DNA of 64,000 bases from Thermoplasmata archaeon (GTDB lineage: Archaea > Thermoplasmatota > SW-10-69-26 > JACQPN01 > JAJPHT01): positions 64,001 to 128,000 of the forward strand of contig JAXDQU010000034.1 of NCBI GenBank assembly GCA_034667685.1, written 5' to 3'. The position numbers and the translations under genes are program-made. The number at the start of each line of letters is the position of its first letter. Position 1 is the stretch's first letter. The notes under the pieces were generated by a model, which made no database searches, was not told the origin of the DNA, and saw only the letters and a list, made by a program, of their open reading frames with translations. Of this stretch, positions 16,879-28,250 are shown piece by piece.

Positions 16879-18918
16879 TTGCTGCGGTCCCTCGTTGCGT
16901 TCGGCACGCTCTGCGCCGTCGTCGCGCTCCTCGCGCCCACCGTCGCCAGCGTCTCGGGCGAGATCGAGTCGCTCCACGTGAAGCGGGAGCTCGCCTGGCA
17001 CCTGTTCAAGTGGCAGGATGACCCGCGTCCGCCCAGCTTCACGCCGCCGGATTGCGACAAGACGACCTATCTGCTCGACCCGCAGGTCACGCTCTACTCG
17101 ACGCGCCTGGCGAAGGACCAGCCCTACACGATGGGCGGCGTCGTCACGAGCGCCGTGCCCAGCGGCCGCCAGGGCATCCCCGGCGACCACGTGCAGGTGT
17201 TCCTCAACGAGACGAAGGAGCAGCCCGGCCAGCTCGTGGGCGAGGCCGTCACGGACGCGCAGGGGCGCTGGAACCTCAATGGCAGCCTCCCCTTCGACCT
17301 CCAGGCGAACCACTATCACGTCGTGGCGCACGCCCTCGACACGCAGGTGGACTGCAAACGCTATCACCAGGGGTGGAGCGATCCCGAGGTCAACGTCACG
17401 TCGCACACGCGCATCCTGCTCGACGGCCCCTTCAAGGTCGTCGCGGGGCGCACGCTCAACGTGACCGGCTCGCTGGTCGACGACGTGGGCGGCCCGGTGA
17501 TCCGGCAGACCGTGCGCTTCCAGCTGGGCGGCCAGACCTTCATGGGCGTGACCGACCCGCAGGGGCGGTTCAATGCGAGCGTGCGGCCCACGCAGGGCGG
17601 CTCGCTCCAGCTCCAGGCGCACTACGACGGCAACAACTACTACGCCGCCTCCGTGGCGACCTCCACGGTCACGGTGATGGACGAGAGCGTCGTGCTCAAC
17701 GGCCACTTCCCCGGCGAGCAGGTCCAGCTCGTCCGCTCGACGCCCCTGGAGGTGGACGGCCAGGTGATCCTGCCGCCCAACGCCACGTACGCGCCGATCA
17801 AGCTCGGCGTGCCCGGCCTGCTCAACGCGACCGCGGAGGTCGCCTCCGACGGCACGTTCCACCTCACGCTGCAGGTCACGAAGGACCAGCCCGCCGGCAT
17901 CTTCACGCTGACCGCCTCCGGCGGTGGCCTGCGCCGGCCCGAGACGTTCCCGCTCCAGGTCATGATCCCCACGCGCCTCGCCATCGTGGCGCAGGACGGC
18001 GGTGTCGGCTCGCACGGCTGGAACGCCTCGCTCACGCTGGCCGACGACACCGGCCCCATCGCGAACGCGCCTGTCGTCATCGCGGGCCCCGGCGCGGTGA
18101 GCAACGGCGTCACCACCAGCCAGGGCTCCTTCGCCGCGATCGGCGAGGCCTCCGCCTGCGGCTCGGCGCCGGTGCGCGCGACCTACAACGGCACCGCGAC
18201 GCGCATGCCCGCGCAGGCCGCCTCCGACGTGCAGATCTGCGGCGCGATCCTGGCGAAGGCCGAGTCCGCGCGCCACGTCCCCTGGTGGGCCTGGTCGCTG
18301 CTCGCGCTCCCGCTGGCGGCCTGGATCGCGTGGCGCCGCTGGCGCAGCCGCCGCGCCGCGTACATCGCCGCGGGCCCGCCGCTCACGCTCGCCTTCGTCG
18401 AGCCGCGCGACGCGGCCCAGGGCGTCGTCGGGCTGGGCGAGGCCGCCGGCATCGTCGCGTTCCTGGAAGCGCCGCTCCCCGAGGGGCACCGCGTCCGCAT
18501 GGGCACGCCCGAGCGCATGGAGGACGTCGAGCCCGACGGCCTCGAAGCCCGCTACGCGCTCGTGGGCGACGCCTACGGCGAGATCCCCGTCCGCGCCGAG
18601 ATCCTCGACGCGCGCGGCCGCGTCGTCACGCGCCGCACCCGCACGCTGCGCGTCGTGCGCTACGCGGAGGAGATCGAGTCGCGCTACAAGGCGCTCCGCG
18701 CCGGCCACGGCCACGGCGAGGCGGTCAGCCCGCGCGAGTTCGAGGCGTGGCTGCGCGCCCGCTCGCCCGACCTCGATCCCGCCGTCGCGCGCCGGCTCGT
18801 GGGCGTCTTCGAGGAGGCCGACTACGGTCCGCGCGTCGCGTCGCGGCGCGAGCTGATCGCGTACCTCGATGCCGAGGCCGCCATCCCGCAGGAGGTGCCC
18901 CCGCTTGCAGGCGCGTAG
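16879..18918 (+). CDS. Secreted/membrane Ig-like repeat protein with C-terminal DUF4129-like domain (moxR operon)
   Basis: Signal peptide, beta-rich repeats (TDAQGRW, TDPQGRF, YDGNNYY), a TM helix, then SPREF..LVGVFEEADYG; TTG start. Confidence 0.75.
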   Translation: MLRSLVAFGTLCAVVALLAPTVASVSGEIESLHVKRELAWHLFKWQDDPRPPSFTPPDCDKTTYLLDPQVTLYSTRLAKDQPYTMGGVVTSAVPSGRQGIPGDHVQVFLNETKEQPGQLVGEAVTDAQGRWNLNGSLPFDLQANHYHVVAHALDTQVDCKRYHQGWSDPEVNVTSHTRILLDGPFKVVAGRTLNVTGSLVDDVGGPVIRQTVRFQLGGQTFMGVTDPQGRFNASVRPTQGGSLQLQAHYDGNNYYAASVATSTVTVMDESVVLNGHFPGEQVQLVRSTPLEVDGQVILPPNATYAPIKLGVPGLLNATAEVASDGTFHLTLQVTKDQPAGIFTLTASGGGLRRPETFPLQVMIPTRLAIVAQDGGVGSHGWNASLTLADDTGPIANAPVVIAGPGAVSNGVTTSQGSFAAIGEASACGSAPVRATYNGTATRMPAQAASDVQICGAILAKAESARHVPWWAWSLLALPLAAWIAWRRWRSRRAAYIAAGPPLTLAFVEPRDAAQGVVGLGEAAGIVAFLEAPLPEGHRVRMGTPERMEDVEPDGLEARYALVGDAYGEIPVRAEILDARGRVVTRRTRTLRVVRYAEEIESRYKALRAGHGHGEAVSPREFEAWLRARSPDLDPAVARRLVGVFEEADYGPRVASRRELIAYLDAEAAIPQEVPPLAGA

Positions 18919-19326
18919 GGTCGCTCCGCTCGCGGCGCTCCTCGCGGTCGCGCTCGTCTACGTCCTCCTCCGCCCGATCCTCGCGGACCTCGTGCCGCAC
19001 CTCGGCGTCGTCGAGTACCCGATCGGCGCGGCGCTCGTGGCCGGCTGCGTGCTCCTGGCGCTCCGTCCGCGCCGCGCCCGGGCGCCTCCCGCCGCGCCGT
19101 GGCGCAAGCACGCGCAGGTCGTGCGCCCGCTCCCCGACCCCGAGGCGCAGGCGCGCGCCGCCGCGCTCGACGACTGGGCCAGGACCGGCGCGCAGCCCGA
19201 CCGCGCGCAGCGCATCCTGGCCCAGGCGACCGGCGAGGACGTCGCGCCCGCCATGGGCGCGGCGACCACCGAGCGCAAGCGCCGCGCGCTGCTATCCTCC
19301 CTATCGAAGAAGATCTCCGGAACGTG

Positions 19327-19327
<1 letters not shown>
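18905..19327 (+). CDS. Small membrane protein of the moxR operon
   Basis: GGAGGTG SD then TTG at 18905; two TM segments; stop overlaps the moxR start. Confidence 0.6.
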
Positions 19328-20316
<989 letters not shown>

Positions 20317-20317
20317 G

Positions 20318-21616
20318 ATGGTCCTGACCCGGACGGGCCGCACGCTGATGGCCGCGGCGCTCGTGACGTGCGCCTCCGGCGTGCTCTTCGGCAACTGGCC
20401 GGTGCTGGGCGCGGGCGCGCTCCTCCTGCTCGTCGTCTCGATGGGCGGGCTCGCCCGGATGCCCCGCGCCGAGCGCCGCGTCGACGCGACCCACGTCGCC
20501 CGCGGCGCGCGTGTCGTCCTTGATATCACCGTCGAGGCCCCTCGGGGCCTCGGCGTCGTTGAAGTCCGTCAGCGCCTCCCCGACGAGTTCGAGCTCGTCG
20601 AGGGCAACAACCTGCACCTCGTCACGCTGAGCCCGTTCCGCGCGCGCCGCCACGAGTTCCGCCTGGTCGTGCGCATCCCCAAGCGCGGCGAGTGGACGCT
20701 CGCGCCGCTCGACCTGAAGCTCCAGCACCCGCTGGGCCTCGTCGAGTCCCCGGTGGGGCAGGCGGGCGAGGCCGCGACGATCCTCGCCGAGCCGCGCGCC
20801 CTCCCCGCGCGCATCCCGCGCGACCTGCGTACGCGCGCCAAGCGCCCCTTCCCCGACGGCGACCTCGCGCGCATGGGTGTCGCGACCAACGAGTTCCGCG
20901 AGCTGCGCGAGTACGTGCCCGGCGACCCGCCGCGGCGCATCAACTGGAAGGCCACCGCCCGCGCGCTCTCCTCGGGCGCCAGCGACGTGCCGCTCGTCAA
21001 TGAGACCGAGTGGGAGGGCAAGAAGAGCGTCTACATCCTGGTCGACGGGCACGCGCGGCTCAGCGTGGGCACGAACCTGGAGGACGCGCGCGAGCACGCC
21101 GCCGACGCCGCGATCTCGCTCATCGAGCTCTACCTGCGCCGCGGCTACCAGGTCAGCGTCGCGCTCGCGCACAGCGGCCAGGTCGAGACGCTCCGCCCCG
21201 GCGCCGGCGAGGCGCAGGTCCGGCGCGCCCGCGGGATGCTCGCGCGCCTGCGCCCCGAGCCGGGCCCCACGCTCGCCGAGGTGCTCCAGCGCGACGCCGC
21301 GATCCTGCACCGCCAGCGCCCGCTCATCGTGCTCGTCACGCGTCTGGCGGGCGACGACCCCGACCTCGAAGCCGCGCTGCGCCGCATCGGCGCCCACGGC
21401 CGCCAGCAGGGGCGCAACCTCGTGCCCGGCCTCGTGCTCGACCTCCAGCCCGAGAGCCGCGTCGAGGGCGACGGGGGCGCGCTCGCGGAAGCCTCGATCC
21501 GCGGCGACGACATCAAGATGCAGCGCGCGGCGCGCGTCGCCGGCCTCCGCGTCGTCCCCTGGCGCGCGGGCCGCGAGCCCCTGACCGCCGTCCTCGTGAG
21601 GGGGCGCGTCCAGTGA
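20318..21616 (+). CDS. DUF58-domain protein
   Basis: EFRELREYVPGDPPRRINWKATAR directly after moxR. Confidence 0.92.
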   Translation: MVLTRTGRTLMAAALVTCASGVLFGNWPVLGAGALLLLVVSMGGLARMPRAERRVDATHVARGARVVLDITVEAPRGLGVVEVRQRLPDEFELVEGNNLHLVTLSPFRARRHEFRLVVRIPKRGEWTLAPLDLKLQHPLGLVESPVGQAGEAATILAEPRALPARIPRDLRTRAKRPFPDGDLARMGVATNEFRELREYVPGDPPRRINWKATARALSSGASDVPLVNETEWEGKKSVYILVDGHARLSVGTNLEDAREHAADAAISLIELYLRRGYQVSVALAHSGQVETLRPGAGEAQVRRARGMLARLRPEPGPTLAEVLQRDAAILHRQRPLIVLVTRLAGDDPDLEAALRRIGAHGRQQGRNLVPGLVLDLQPESRVEGDGGALAEASIRGDDIKMQRAARVAGLRVVPWRAGREPLTAVLVRGRVQ

Positions 21617-22353
21617 GGCGCCCGCTCCCGTGGGGCGACTACGCCAGCCGCGCGCTCTCGTGCGCGCTGCTCTTCGTGACGGGCTTCGCGCTCCTCTCGG
21701 AGAGCACGTTCGCGCTGCGCATGCGCAACGACATCCCGTTCAGCCTGGGCGGGCTCGACGGCCCGCAGAGCATCGCGCTGATCGTGGCGGGCGTCATCTC
21801 CGTGATCCCGCTCCTGGCCGGCCCCGCGTTCCTGGGCGTCTTCCTCGCCTGCGGCTGGCTGATCTCCGGCCTCGGCGCGTACTGGTGGACCACGATCCCC
21901 TGGGACGAGCTGCTCAACGACGGCCAGTTCCCCGGCGGCATCCCCGCCGGCCTGCTCGACTACGCGCTCGTCGCGGGCCCCGCGATGATCGCCACGCTCC
22001 ACGTCGTGCTATCACGCGTCAGCCGCCTGCGCAGCGACGCGAGGGCGCGCGGCATCGACCCGGACGAGTCGCGCCGGGCCGCGGCGGCCGCCTTCCTCGC
22101 GGGCGCGGGGACGCTCGTGGCCGCCTTCGCGCTCTCCGCCGTCTTCTGGTGGCTCATGGCCTCGGGCGCGCTCACGTCGCTGGGCGGGCTCCCGCGTGGC
22201 GTGCCGGCGCTCGTGCTGGGCGCCGCGGTCGTGTGCGCGGGCTGGGCTCTCGCGACGAAGCGCGTCCGGCTTGGCAGGGTGCGCGTGCCGAAGGTCGCTG
22301 CCGCCCCGGAGGACAAGCCCGCTCCGGCGAGCACCAAGAAGACGCTCGTCTGA
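21613..22353 (+). CDS. Multi-pass membrane protein (end of the moxR operon)
   Basis: GTGA overlap with the DUF58 stop; several hydrophobic helices. Confidence 0.7.
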   Translation: MRRPLPWGDYASRALSCALLFVTGFALLSESTFALRMRNDIPFSLGGLDGPQSIALIVAGVISVIPLLAGPAFLGVFLACGWLISGLGAYWWTTIPWDELLNDGQFPGGIPAGLLDYALVAGPAMIATLHVVLSRVSRLRSDARARGIDPDESRRAAAAAFLAGAGTLVAAFALSAVFWWLMASGALTSLGGLPRGVPALVLGAAVVCAGWALATKRVRLGRVRVPKVAAAPEDKPAPASTKKTLV

Positions 22354-22369
22354 TCACGCCCGGCCGACC

Positions 22370-22438
22370 CAACACGAAGACACGAAGGCACGAAGTTCCA
22401 GGATCTTCGTGCCTTCGTGGCTTCGTGCCTTCGTGTTG
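22370..22438. repeat. Inverted repeat built from CACGAAGR 8-mers, between convergent genes
   Basis: caacacgaagacacgaaggcacgaag (3 units) versus cttcgtgccttcgtggcttcgtgccttcgtgttg (4 units). Confidence 0.93.
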
Positions 22439-22453
22439 AGAGGGTGGAGAAGA

Positions 22454-23989
22454 TCAGACGCCCATCGCCAAACGCAAGAGGTCGCGCAGCCCGGGCCCCA
22501 GGCCCAGGGCGAAGATGGCGAGCTTCACGAGGCCCACGAGGTTGCGCTCGTCGTCCTTCGCGTCGTCCGAGGCGCCCGGAAGCTCGCGGTCGAGGAGCCA
22601 CACGACGGCGACGATCATCAGCAGCTTCGCGAGCGGGTAGAGGAAGCCGCCCAGGTAACGCAGCAGGAAGTCGCTGAAGGGATGCTTCTCGCTGTAGGGC
22701 GGGATGCCGAAGCCGAGCGGATCGCGCAGCGCGACCCACGTGCTGAAGCCGTCGATCATGTGCGCGAACACGAGCGAGGCGTTCAGGCCCGCGGCGAAGG
22801 TGAGCAGCGCGCGCGGGCGGATGTCCACCTCGCGGCCCACGTGCAGCGCGGCGAAGACGAGGAGGAGCAGCGCGCCCAGCGCCGCGAGGAGCGGGATGAG
22901 GACGTCCTGGCGCGGGACGCCCTCGAAGAAGGGCGCCAGGTTCGGGAGGATGCCGGCCATGAGCGCGGCGAGGGCGAGCGCGATGCCGCCGGCCCAGCCC
23001 ACGGCTTCCTCGGCCTTCTTCGGGACGCGCGTCGCGATGCCGGCCCAGCGCGCGAGCGCCGGCGTGTTGCCCAGCAGGCGGCCCAGCGCCATGACGAGGA
23101 GCGCCACCGTGCCCGCCGCGAGCAGCACGAACACCGCGGCGAGGAAGTAGAGCTGGCGGTTCCACACCTGCGGCGCCCACACGTCGCCCAGGAGCCAGCG
23201 CACGATCAGCCAGAGCGTGCCCGCGACGAAGGGGAGGCCCAGCGCGAAGACGACGAGGTTCATGGAGGCTGCGCCCTCGCGCGCGCGCCACGCCACGAGC
23301 GCCACCGCGCCCACGCACGCGACCGCGATCCACCAGAAGGGGGGAAGCGCGCTGAACGTGCCGGGCACGCCGAACGAGGCGTACGCGAACGTGGCGAGCC
23401 CGACCGTCACGGGGACCGCGACGGCGAGCGTCTTCTGCGCGGGGCTCCACGAGGTCCGCTCGACGAGGAGGCCGACCAGCATCGCGCCCAGGACGTAGAG
23501 CGCGATCATCACGTAGATGACCGGGCTGATGAAGAGGAACGCGAACGGGCTCGGGTCGCATTGCGTGCCGACGTGGCAGAAGACGTCCGCGTCCTCCAGC
23601 ACGCGCCCCGTGGGGCCCAGGAGGATCCACGGCAGGAGCGCCGCGACGAACGCGCCGTCCGCGCGGATGCGGAAGCGGCGGAAGAGCCCCATGTAGATGC
23701 CATAGAGGAGCGTCGCGAGGACGACGCCGTAGGTCAGCTCGGCCGTGATCGTGTAGCCGTCCTTGGCCGGCACGCCCGCGGGGCCCAGGTCGGTGCAGCC
23801 CGCGTCCGCGCTCGTGCGGCACTGGTGCGCGTCCACCACGAGCGGGCCGTAGAGGTCCTCCCACACGAAATGATCGTACACCTGCCGCGGCGCGACGGCG
23901 ACGCCGACCGCGACGAGGCCCGCCGCGACCGCGAGGGCGCCCACCGCGAGCCAGAGTGCGTTGCGCTCGATCCACGCGCGGGCCGCCAT
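22454..23989 (-). CDS. DUF63-family archaeal membrane protein
   Basis: YDHFVWEDLYGP, GYTITAELTYG, RVLEDA, LFISPVIY, AHMIDGFST, YSEKHP, LGLGPGLRDLLR. Confidence 0.85.
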   Translation of the reverse strand: MAARAWIERNALWLAVGALAVAAGLVAVGVAVAPRQVYDHFVWEDLYGPLVVDAHQCRTSADAGCTDLGPAGVPAKDGYTITAELTYGVVLATLLYGIYMGLFRRFRIRADGAFVAALLPWILLGPTGRVLEDADVFCHVGTQCDPSPFAFLFISPVIYVMIALYVLGAMLVGLLVERTSWSPAQKTLAVAVPVTVGLATFAYASFGVPGTFSALPPFWWIAVACVGAVALVAWRAREGAASMNLVVFALGLPFVAGTLWLIVRWLLGDVWAPQVWNRQLYFLAAVFVLLAAGTVALLVMALGRLLGNTPALARWAGIATRVPKKAEEAVGWAGGIALALAALMAGILPNLAPFFEGVPRQDVLIPLLAALGALLLLVFAALHVGREVDIRPRALLTFAAGLNASLVFAHMIDGFSTWVALRDPLGFGIPPYSEKHPFSDFLLRYLGGFLYPLAKLLMIVAVVWLLDRELPGASDDAKDDERNLVGLVKLAIFALGLGPGLRDLLRLAMGV

Positions 23990-24046
23990 CGGGAACGCGC
24001 GCGCATGCTGGCGGGTCCGCTTAAGGGTTGGTCGCCTTCGCGACGC

Positions 24047-24111
24047 TCCCTTCCCAACACCGAGAATCCCGGAATCCGCGGATGCCTCGGATGCGCGGTG
24101 TCGGGAAGGGA
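24047..24111 (+). repeat. 65-bp MITE/REP-like element, copy 3
   Basis: tcccttcccaacaccgagaatcccggaatccgcggatgcctcggatgcgcggtgtcgggaaggga. Confidence 0.9.
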
Positions 24112-24165
24112 CCGCCACCGCGAGCCCAACCCTGAAGTAGGTGCGCGCTGGATCAACGGCCGGCG

Positions 24166-25227
24166 ATGGAAGACTTCACCAAGTCGAAGACGATGGTCTT
24201 CCCGCGCGTCGTGCGCGTGGGGCACGGCGTCCTCGAGGAGGTCGGGGACGTGCTGCGCGAGCTCTCCGTGCGCGACGACGTGCTGGTCGTCTCGGGCGCG
24301 CGGACGCGCCGGCTCGCGGGCGAGCGCGCGCTGGGCGTCGTCCAGAAGGCGGGCTATCAGGCCGACCTCGTGGAGATCCACGGCGCGACGCTCGCCGACG
24401 TCGCGGTGGCCGAGGCCGCGGGCCGCAAGGCGAAGCCGCAGGTCGTCCTGGGCGTGGGCGGCGGGGGCGTCATCGACGTCGCCAAGCTCGCGGCGTTCCG
24501 GCTCGGCGTCCCCTACGTCAGCGTGCCCACGAGCGCCAGCCACGACGGCATCACGAGCCCGCGCGCGTCCATCAAGGAGGAGCGCGGCAACGCGAGCAAG
24601 CAGGCCTCGACGCCGATGGCGATCGTCGCCGACACGGAGATCATCGCGCGCGCCCCGTACCGCATGCTCGCGGCCGGGTGCGCCGACGCCATCAGCAACA
24701 GCACCGCCGTGCTCGACTGGAAGCTCGCGCACCGCCTGCGCGGCGAGGAATACAGCAGCTTTGCCGCGGTGCTCGCGCAGACCGCGGCCGACATGGTCAT
24801 CACGAACGCCGAGGTCATCCGCCCCGGCCTGGAGGAAAGCGCTTGGCTCGTCGTGAAGAGCCTCATCGTTTCGGGCGTCTCGATGAGCGTGGCGGGGAGC
24901 AGCCGCCCCGCCTCGGGCAGCGAGCACATGTTCAGCCACACGCTCGATCAACTCGCGCCCGGCCGCGCGTACCACGGCGAGCAGGTCGGCCTCGGCACGA
25001 TCATGATGATGTACCTCCACGGGGGCGACTGGCGCAGCGTGAGGGATGCGCTGCACGCCGTCGGAGCCCCGACCACCGCCGAGAAGCTGGGCGTCTCGCG
25101 CGAGGTCGTCGTCGAGGCGCTGTGCAAGGCGCACCTGATCCGGCCCGACCGCTACACCATCCTGGGCGACAAGGGGCTCTCGCGCGAGGCCGCCGAAGAA
25201 TTGGTCCGCGTTACGGGTGTGGCCTGA
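24166..25227 (+). CDS. egsA: sn-glycerol-1-phosphate dehydrogenase
   Basis: GVGGGGVIDVAK, SVPTSASHDGITSP, AGSSRPASGSEHMFSH, HGEQVG, RPDRYTIL. Confidence 0.96.
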   Translation: MEDFTKSKTMVFPRVVRVGHGVLEEVGDVLRELSVRDDVLVVSGARTRRLAGERALGVVQKAGYQADLVEIHGATLADVAVAEAAGRKAKPQVVLGVGGGGVIDVAKLAAFRLGVPYVSVPTSASHDGITSPRASIKEERGNASKQASTPMAIVADTEIIARAPYRMLAAGCADAISNSTAVLDWKLAHRLRGEEYSSFAAVLAQTAADMVITNAEVIRPGLEESAWLVVKSLIVSGVSMSVAGSSRPASGSEHMFSHTLDQLAPGRAYHGEQVGLGTIMMMYLHGGDWRSVRDALHAVGAPTTAEKLGVSREVVVEALCKAHLIRPDRYTILGDKGLSREAAEELVRVTGVA

Positions 25228-25664
25228 TGCCGTTGACCATCGTGGGCGAGAAGCTCGCCACGCCCGGCCTCGTGTTCCGCTATCAGGGCGAGACGGACGA
25301 AGGGTGCGCGGCGTGCAAGCTGCGCAGCGTGTGCCACGGTGGCCTGAAGCCCAACCGGGAGTACCGCGTCAAGGCCGTCCGCCCCGTGCAGCACGACGTG
25401 TGCCACGTCTTCGAGGGCAAGGTGCAGGTCGTCGAGGTCGAGGAGAAGCCGCTTCCCCTGCGCGTCGCCATTCCGGTCGCGGCCACGCGCGGCACGGGCG
25501 TCACGAACCGCTTCGAGGAGTGCGGCGCCTCGTGCCTCTACAAGGGCCTCTGCAACCCGGTCGCGCTGCCGTCCGGCGTGACGGCGCAGATCGAGAAGGT
25601 CGAGGGCGACGTGCCCTGCCTCGTGGGGCGGAAGCTCCGCTTCGCGCTCGTGCGGCCGCCGTGA
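25227..25664 (+). CDS. UPF0179 family protein
   Basis: LTIVGEKLA, CxxCxLxxxC, L...REY.V..VR...H..C..FEG.V; follows egsA as in other archaea. Confidence 0.85.
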   Translation: MPLTIVGEKLATPGLVFRYQGETDEGCAACKLRSVCHGGLKPNREYRVKAVRPVQHDVCHVFEGKVQVVEVEEKPLPLRVAIPVAATRGTGVTNRFEECGASCLYKGLCNPVALPSGVTAQIEKVEGDVPCLVGRKLRFALVRPP

Positions 25665-25667
25665 TCG

Positions 25668-26477
25668 CTACTTCGTCGCGGAGATGATATCGAGGCGCAG
25701 CAGCGAGCGCACGGCCAGGACGTTGAGCGCCACCACCCACACCAGGAGGTTGGGCGCGATCCAGCCCCAGTCGGAGGCGCCCACGTGGCCGCCCGGCCCG
25801 AGGGCCGAGAGCGCGGCGTTCGGCAGCGCGCGCGAGGCCCACACGCCGGCCTGGCCGAGCCCCGCCAGGAGGCTGCGCAGGACGTCGCCCGCGACGAGCG
25901 CGCCAAGCGTCGAGCCCAGGCCGACGCCGAGGCTGCGCGACCCGAGCGTCGTGCCCAGCGCGATGAGCGCCCAGCCCAGGAGCAGCGCCCACGCGCGGAC
26001 GAGAAGGATCGCGACGTCGCGCGGCGTGGTCTTCAGGAGCGTCTCGCCGCTCACCATGCCGAAGACCGCCGCGCCGCCCACGCCCGCGGCCACGGCGAGG
26101 AGCGCGAGAAGGAGCGCGGCAACGGCCAGGAGCGCCACCTTCGCCAGCGCGACGTCGATGCGCCGGGCGCGCGCGAGCAGCAGCGTGCGCAACGTGCCGC
26201 GCGTGAACTCCTGCGCGACGGACTGCGCCGCGAAGACGACCAGGGTCAGCGTGCCGATGCTCACGGCGAGCGAGGCGACGAAGCCCACCGCGTCGGCGCG
26301 CAGCGGGGCGAGGAGCGCGGCGGGGTCGAGGCCGGCGCCCTGGGGCGCGGCGAGGATGCTCGCGAACGCGATCACGATGAGCACGACGTAGGCCGCGAGG
26401 ATGCCCAGGAGGACGTACGTCGCGGGCTGGCGGAGCGCCTTCGTCGCCTCGACGGAGGCCATCGCGCGCAGGCTCAC
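25668..26477 (-). CDS. ABC-2 type transporter permease
   Basis: About 6 TM segments; EFTRGTLRTLLL...R......K. Confidence 0.85.
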   Translation of the reverse strand: MSLRAMASVEATKALRQPATYVLLGILAAYVVLIVIAFASILAAPQGAGLDPAALLAPLRADAVGFVASLAVSIGTLTLVVFAAQSVAQEFTRGTLRTLLLARARRIDVALAKVALLAVAALLLALLAVAAGVGGAAVFGMVSGETLLKTTPRDVAILLVRAWALLLGWALIALGTTLGSRSLGVGLGSTLGALVAGDVLRSLLAGLGQAGVWASRALPNAALSALGPGGHVGASDWGWIAPNLLVWVVALNVLAVRSLLRLDIISATK

Positions 26478-27340
26478 GCGCTCCCCTCCGTGATGGCGAG
26501 GAAGCGCGCTTCGAGCCCGGCGGTCTCGCGCCCGAGCGCGGAGACGGCGAGCCCAGCCTCGACGAGCGCGCGGTTGAGGGGCGCGGCGACCTCCGCATCC
26601 GCCTCGACGACCAGTCGGCCGTTTTCCTCGCGCGCCGCGCGGACGCCCAGCACGGCCTGGGCGAGGGCGAGCGCGCGGGGGATGTCATCGACCTCGACGA
26701 CGAGCCGCTGCGCGCCCGCGAGGAGGCTCGCCATCGGGCCCTCGGCGACGAGCTTCCCCTTGCGCAGGATCGCGGCGTGCGTGCAGGTCTCCTGGACCTC
26801 GTGCAGGAGGTGGCTCGACACGAGCACGGTGCGCCCGGCCGCGGCGAACGATCGCAGGAGGCGCCGCACCTCCAGCTGGCCGGCGGGATCGAGGCCGTTC
26901 GTCGGCTCGTCCAGGATCAGCACGTCCGGGTCGGGGAGGAGCGCCGCGGCGAGGCCAAGCCGGCGCTTCATGCCCAGCGAGTAGCCACGGTAGCGCTGGC
27001 CGCCCGCGTGCGCGAGCCCCACCCGGTGGAGCGCCTCGTCCGCGGCGGTGCGCGGGGCGCCGCAGAGGCGCGCGACGATCTCCAGGTTGCGCCGGCCCGA
27101 GAGCGAAGGGTAGAACGCGGGCTCCTCGACGAGCGCGCCCCACGCGCCCGCGATGCGCGAGCTTCCGGCGTCGGGCGGGATCAGGCCCGTGAGCATGCCC
27201 AGCGTCGTCGTCTTGCCCGAGCCGTTGGGCCCGAGGAAGCCGTACACCGCGCCGCGCGGGACCGCGAAGCGCACGCCGTCCACCGCGACGAGCCCGCCGT
27301 AGCGCTTCGTGAGGCCCTCGATCTCGATCGCGGCGTCCAC
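26474..27340 (-). CDS. ABC transporter ATP-binding protein
   Basis: GPNGSGKTT, YSLGMKRRLGLA, ILDEPTNGLDP, SSHLL; GTG start inferred. Confidence 0.93.
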   Translation of the reverse strand: MDAAIEIEGLTKRYGGLVAVDGVRFAVPRGAVYGFLGPNGSGKTTTLGMLTGLIPPDAGSSRIAGAWGALVEEPAFYPSLSGRRNLEIVARLCGAPRTAADEALHRVGLAHAGGQRYRGYSLGMKRRLGLAAALLPDPDVLILDEPTNGLDPAGQLEVRRLLRSFAAAGRTVLVSSHLLHEVQETCTHAAILRKGKLVAEGPMASLLAGAQRLVVEVDDIPRALALAQAVLGVRAAREENGRLVVEADAEVAAPLNRALVEAGLAVSALGRETAGLEARFLAITEGSA

Positions 27341-27400
27341 GCGGGCGCATCGTGGCCGCGATGGAAAAAGGCGAAGCCTTCGGCGCATCCTGCGCGGCCG

Positions 27401-28072
27401 TTGATCACCGTCCTCCTGGCCGACGCCGCGCTGGAGCTGATGCCCCCCGAGCTGCGGCGCCACCCCAAGGTCCTCGCCCGCGCCAAGCGCCGCCGGCGCG
27501 ACCCGGAGCGCCTCCTGCTCGACCAGGCACTGGACCACGAGGCCATGCGCGGCCTGCGGGACGCGGAGCGGCGCGGCCGCCCTGATATCACGCACGTGTG
27601 CCTCCTGCTCCTGCTCGACTCGCCGTTGAACGCCGCGGGCCGGCTGCGGGTGCTCGTCCACACCCAGGACGACGCGCTGATCCGGGTCGACCCCGCGACG
27701 CGCATCATGCGCAACGGCGCCAAGTTCGCGCAGCTCGTCGAGGACCTGCTGCGCCAGGGCGAGGTCCCCGCGGGCCGGCCGCTCCTGACCCTGGAGCGCG
27801 GCGTGCGGCTTCCCGACGCGCTGCCGCCCGGCCCGGTCGTCCTGCTCGACGAGGCCGGGACCCTGGCCCGCACGCCCGAGTTCGCGCGCCTCGCCCGCGC
27901 CCACCCGGACTTGACGCTCGTGCTGGGCGCGTTCCCGCGCGGCGCGATCCGCGAGCCCCCGCGGGCCGACCACGTGCTGCGCGTGGCCGACGCCCCGCTC
28001 TCCGCGTGGAGCGCGCTCGTGCCGGCGCTGGCGGGGTTCGAGGATGCGCTCCTTCTCTCCGGGGGAGGCTGA
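27401..28072 (+). CDS. nep1: Nep1/EMG1-like SPOUT rRNA pseudouridine methyltransferase, paralogue 1
   Basis: LADAALELMP, LLD...H.AM..L...ERRGRPDI.H, SPLN..G.L.V.VHT, LGAFPRG; TTG start. Confidence 0.85.
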   Translation: MITVLLADAALELMPPELRRHPKVLARAKRRRRDPERLLLDQALDHEAMRGLRDAERRGRPDITHVCLLLLLDSPLNAAGRLRVLVHTQDDALIRVDPATRIMRNGAKFAQLVEDLLRQGEVPAGRPLLTLERGVRLPDALPPGPVVLLDEAGTLARTPEFARLARAHPDLTLVLGAFPRGAIREPPRADHVLRVADAPLSAWSALVPALAGFEDALLLSGGG

Positions 28073-28208
28073 GGGAGGCGAGGGGAGCCGGGGGGAGACG
28101 GCGGGGAGGCGAAGGGAGGCGAGGGGAACGAGCCCTCAGCCTCCCCTCGCCTCCCTTCGGCTCCCCCAGCCTCCCTCCGCCTCCCTCCGCCTCCCCGCCG
28201 TCTCCCCG
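28061..28208. repeat. Imperfect inverted repeat built from GGGAGGCGRA-type 10-mers
   Basis: G-rich arm 28061-28127 and C-rich complementary arm 28132-28208; overlaps the nep1 stop. Confidence 0.85.
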
Positions 28209-28250
28209 CGGCGGCGCAGAGTTTACCTGGCGCGCCGTCTCTCGCCGCGC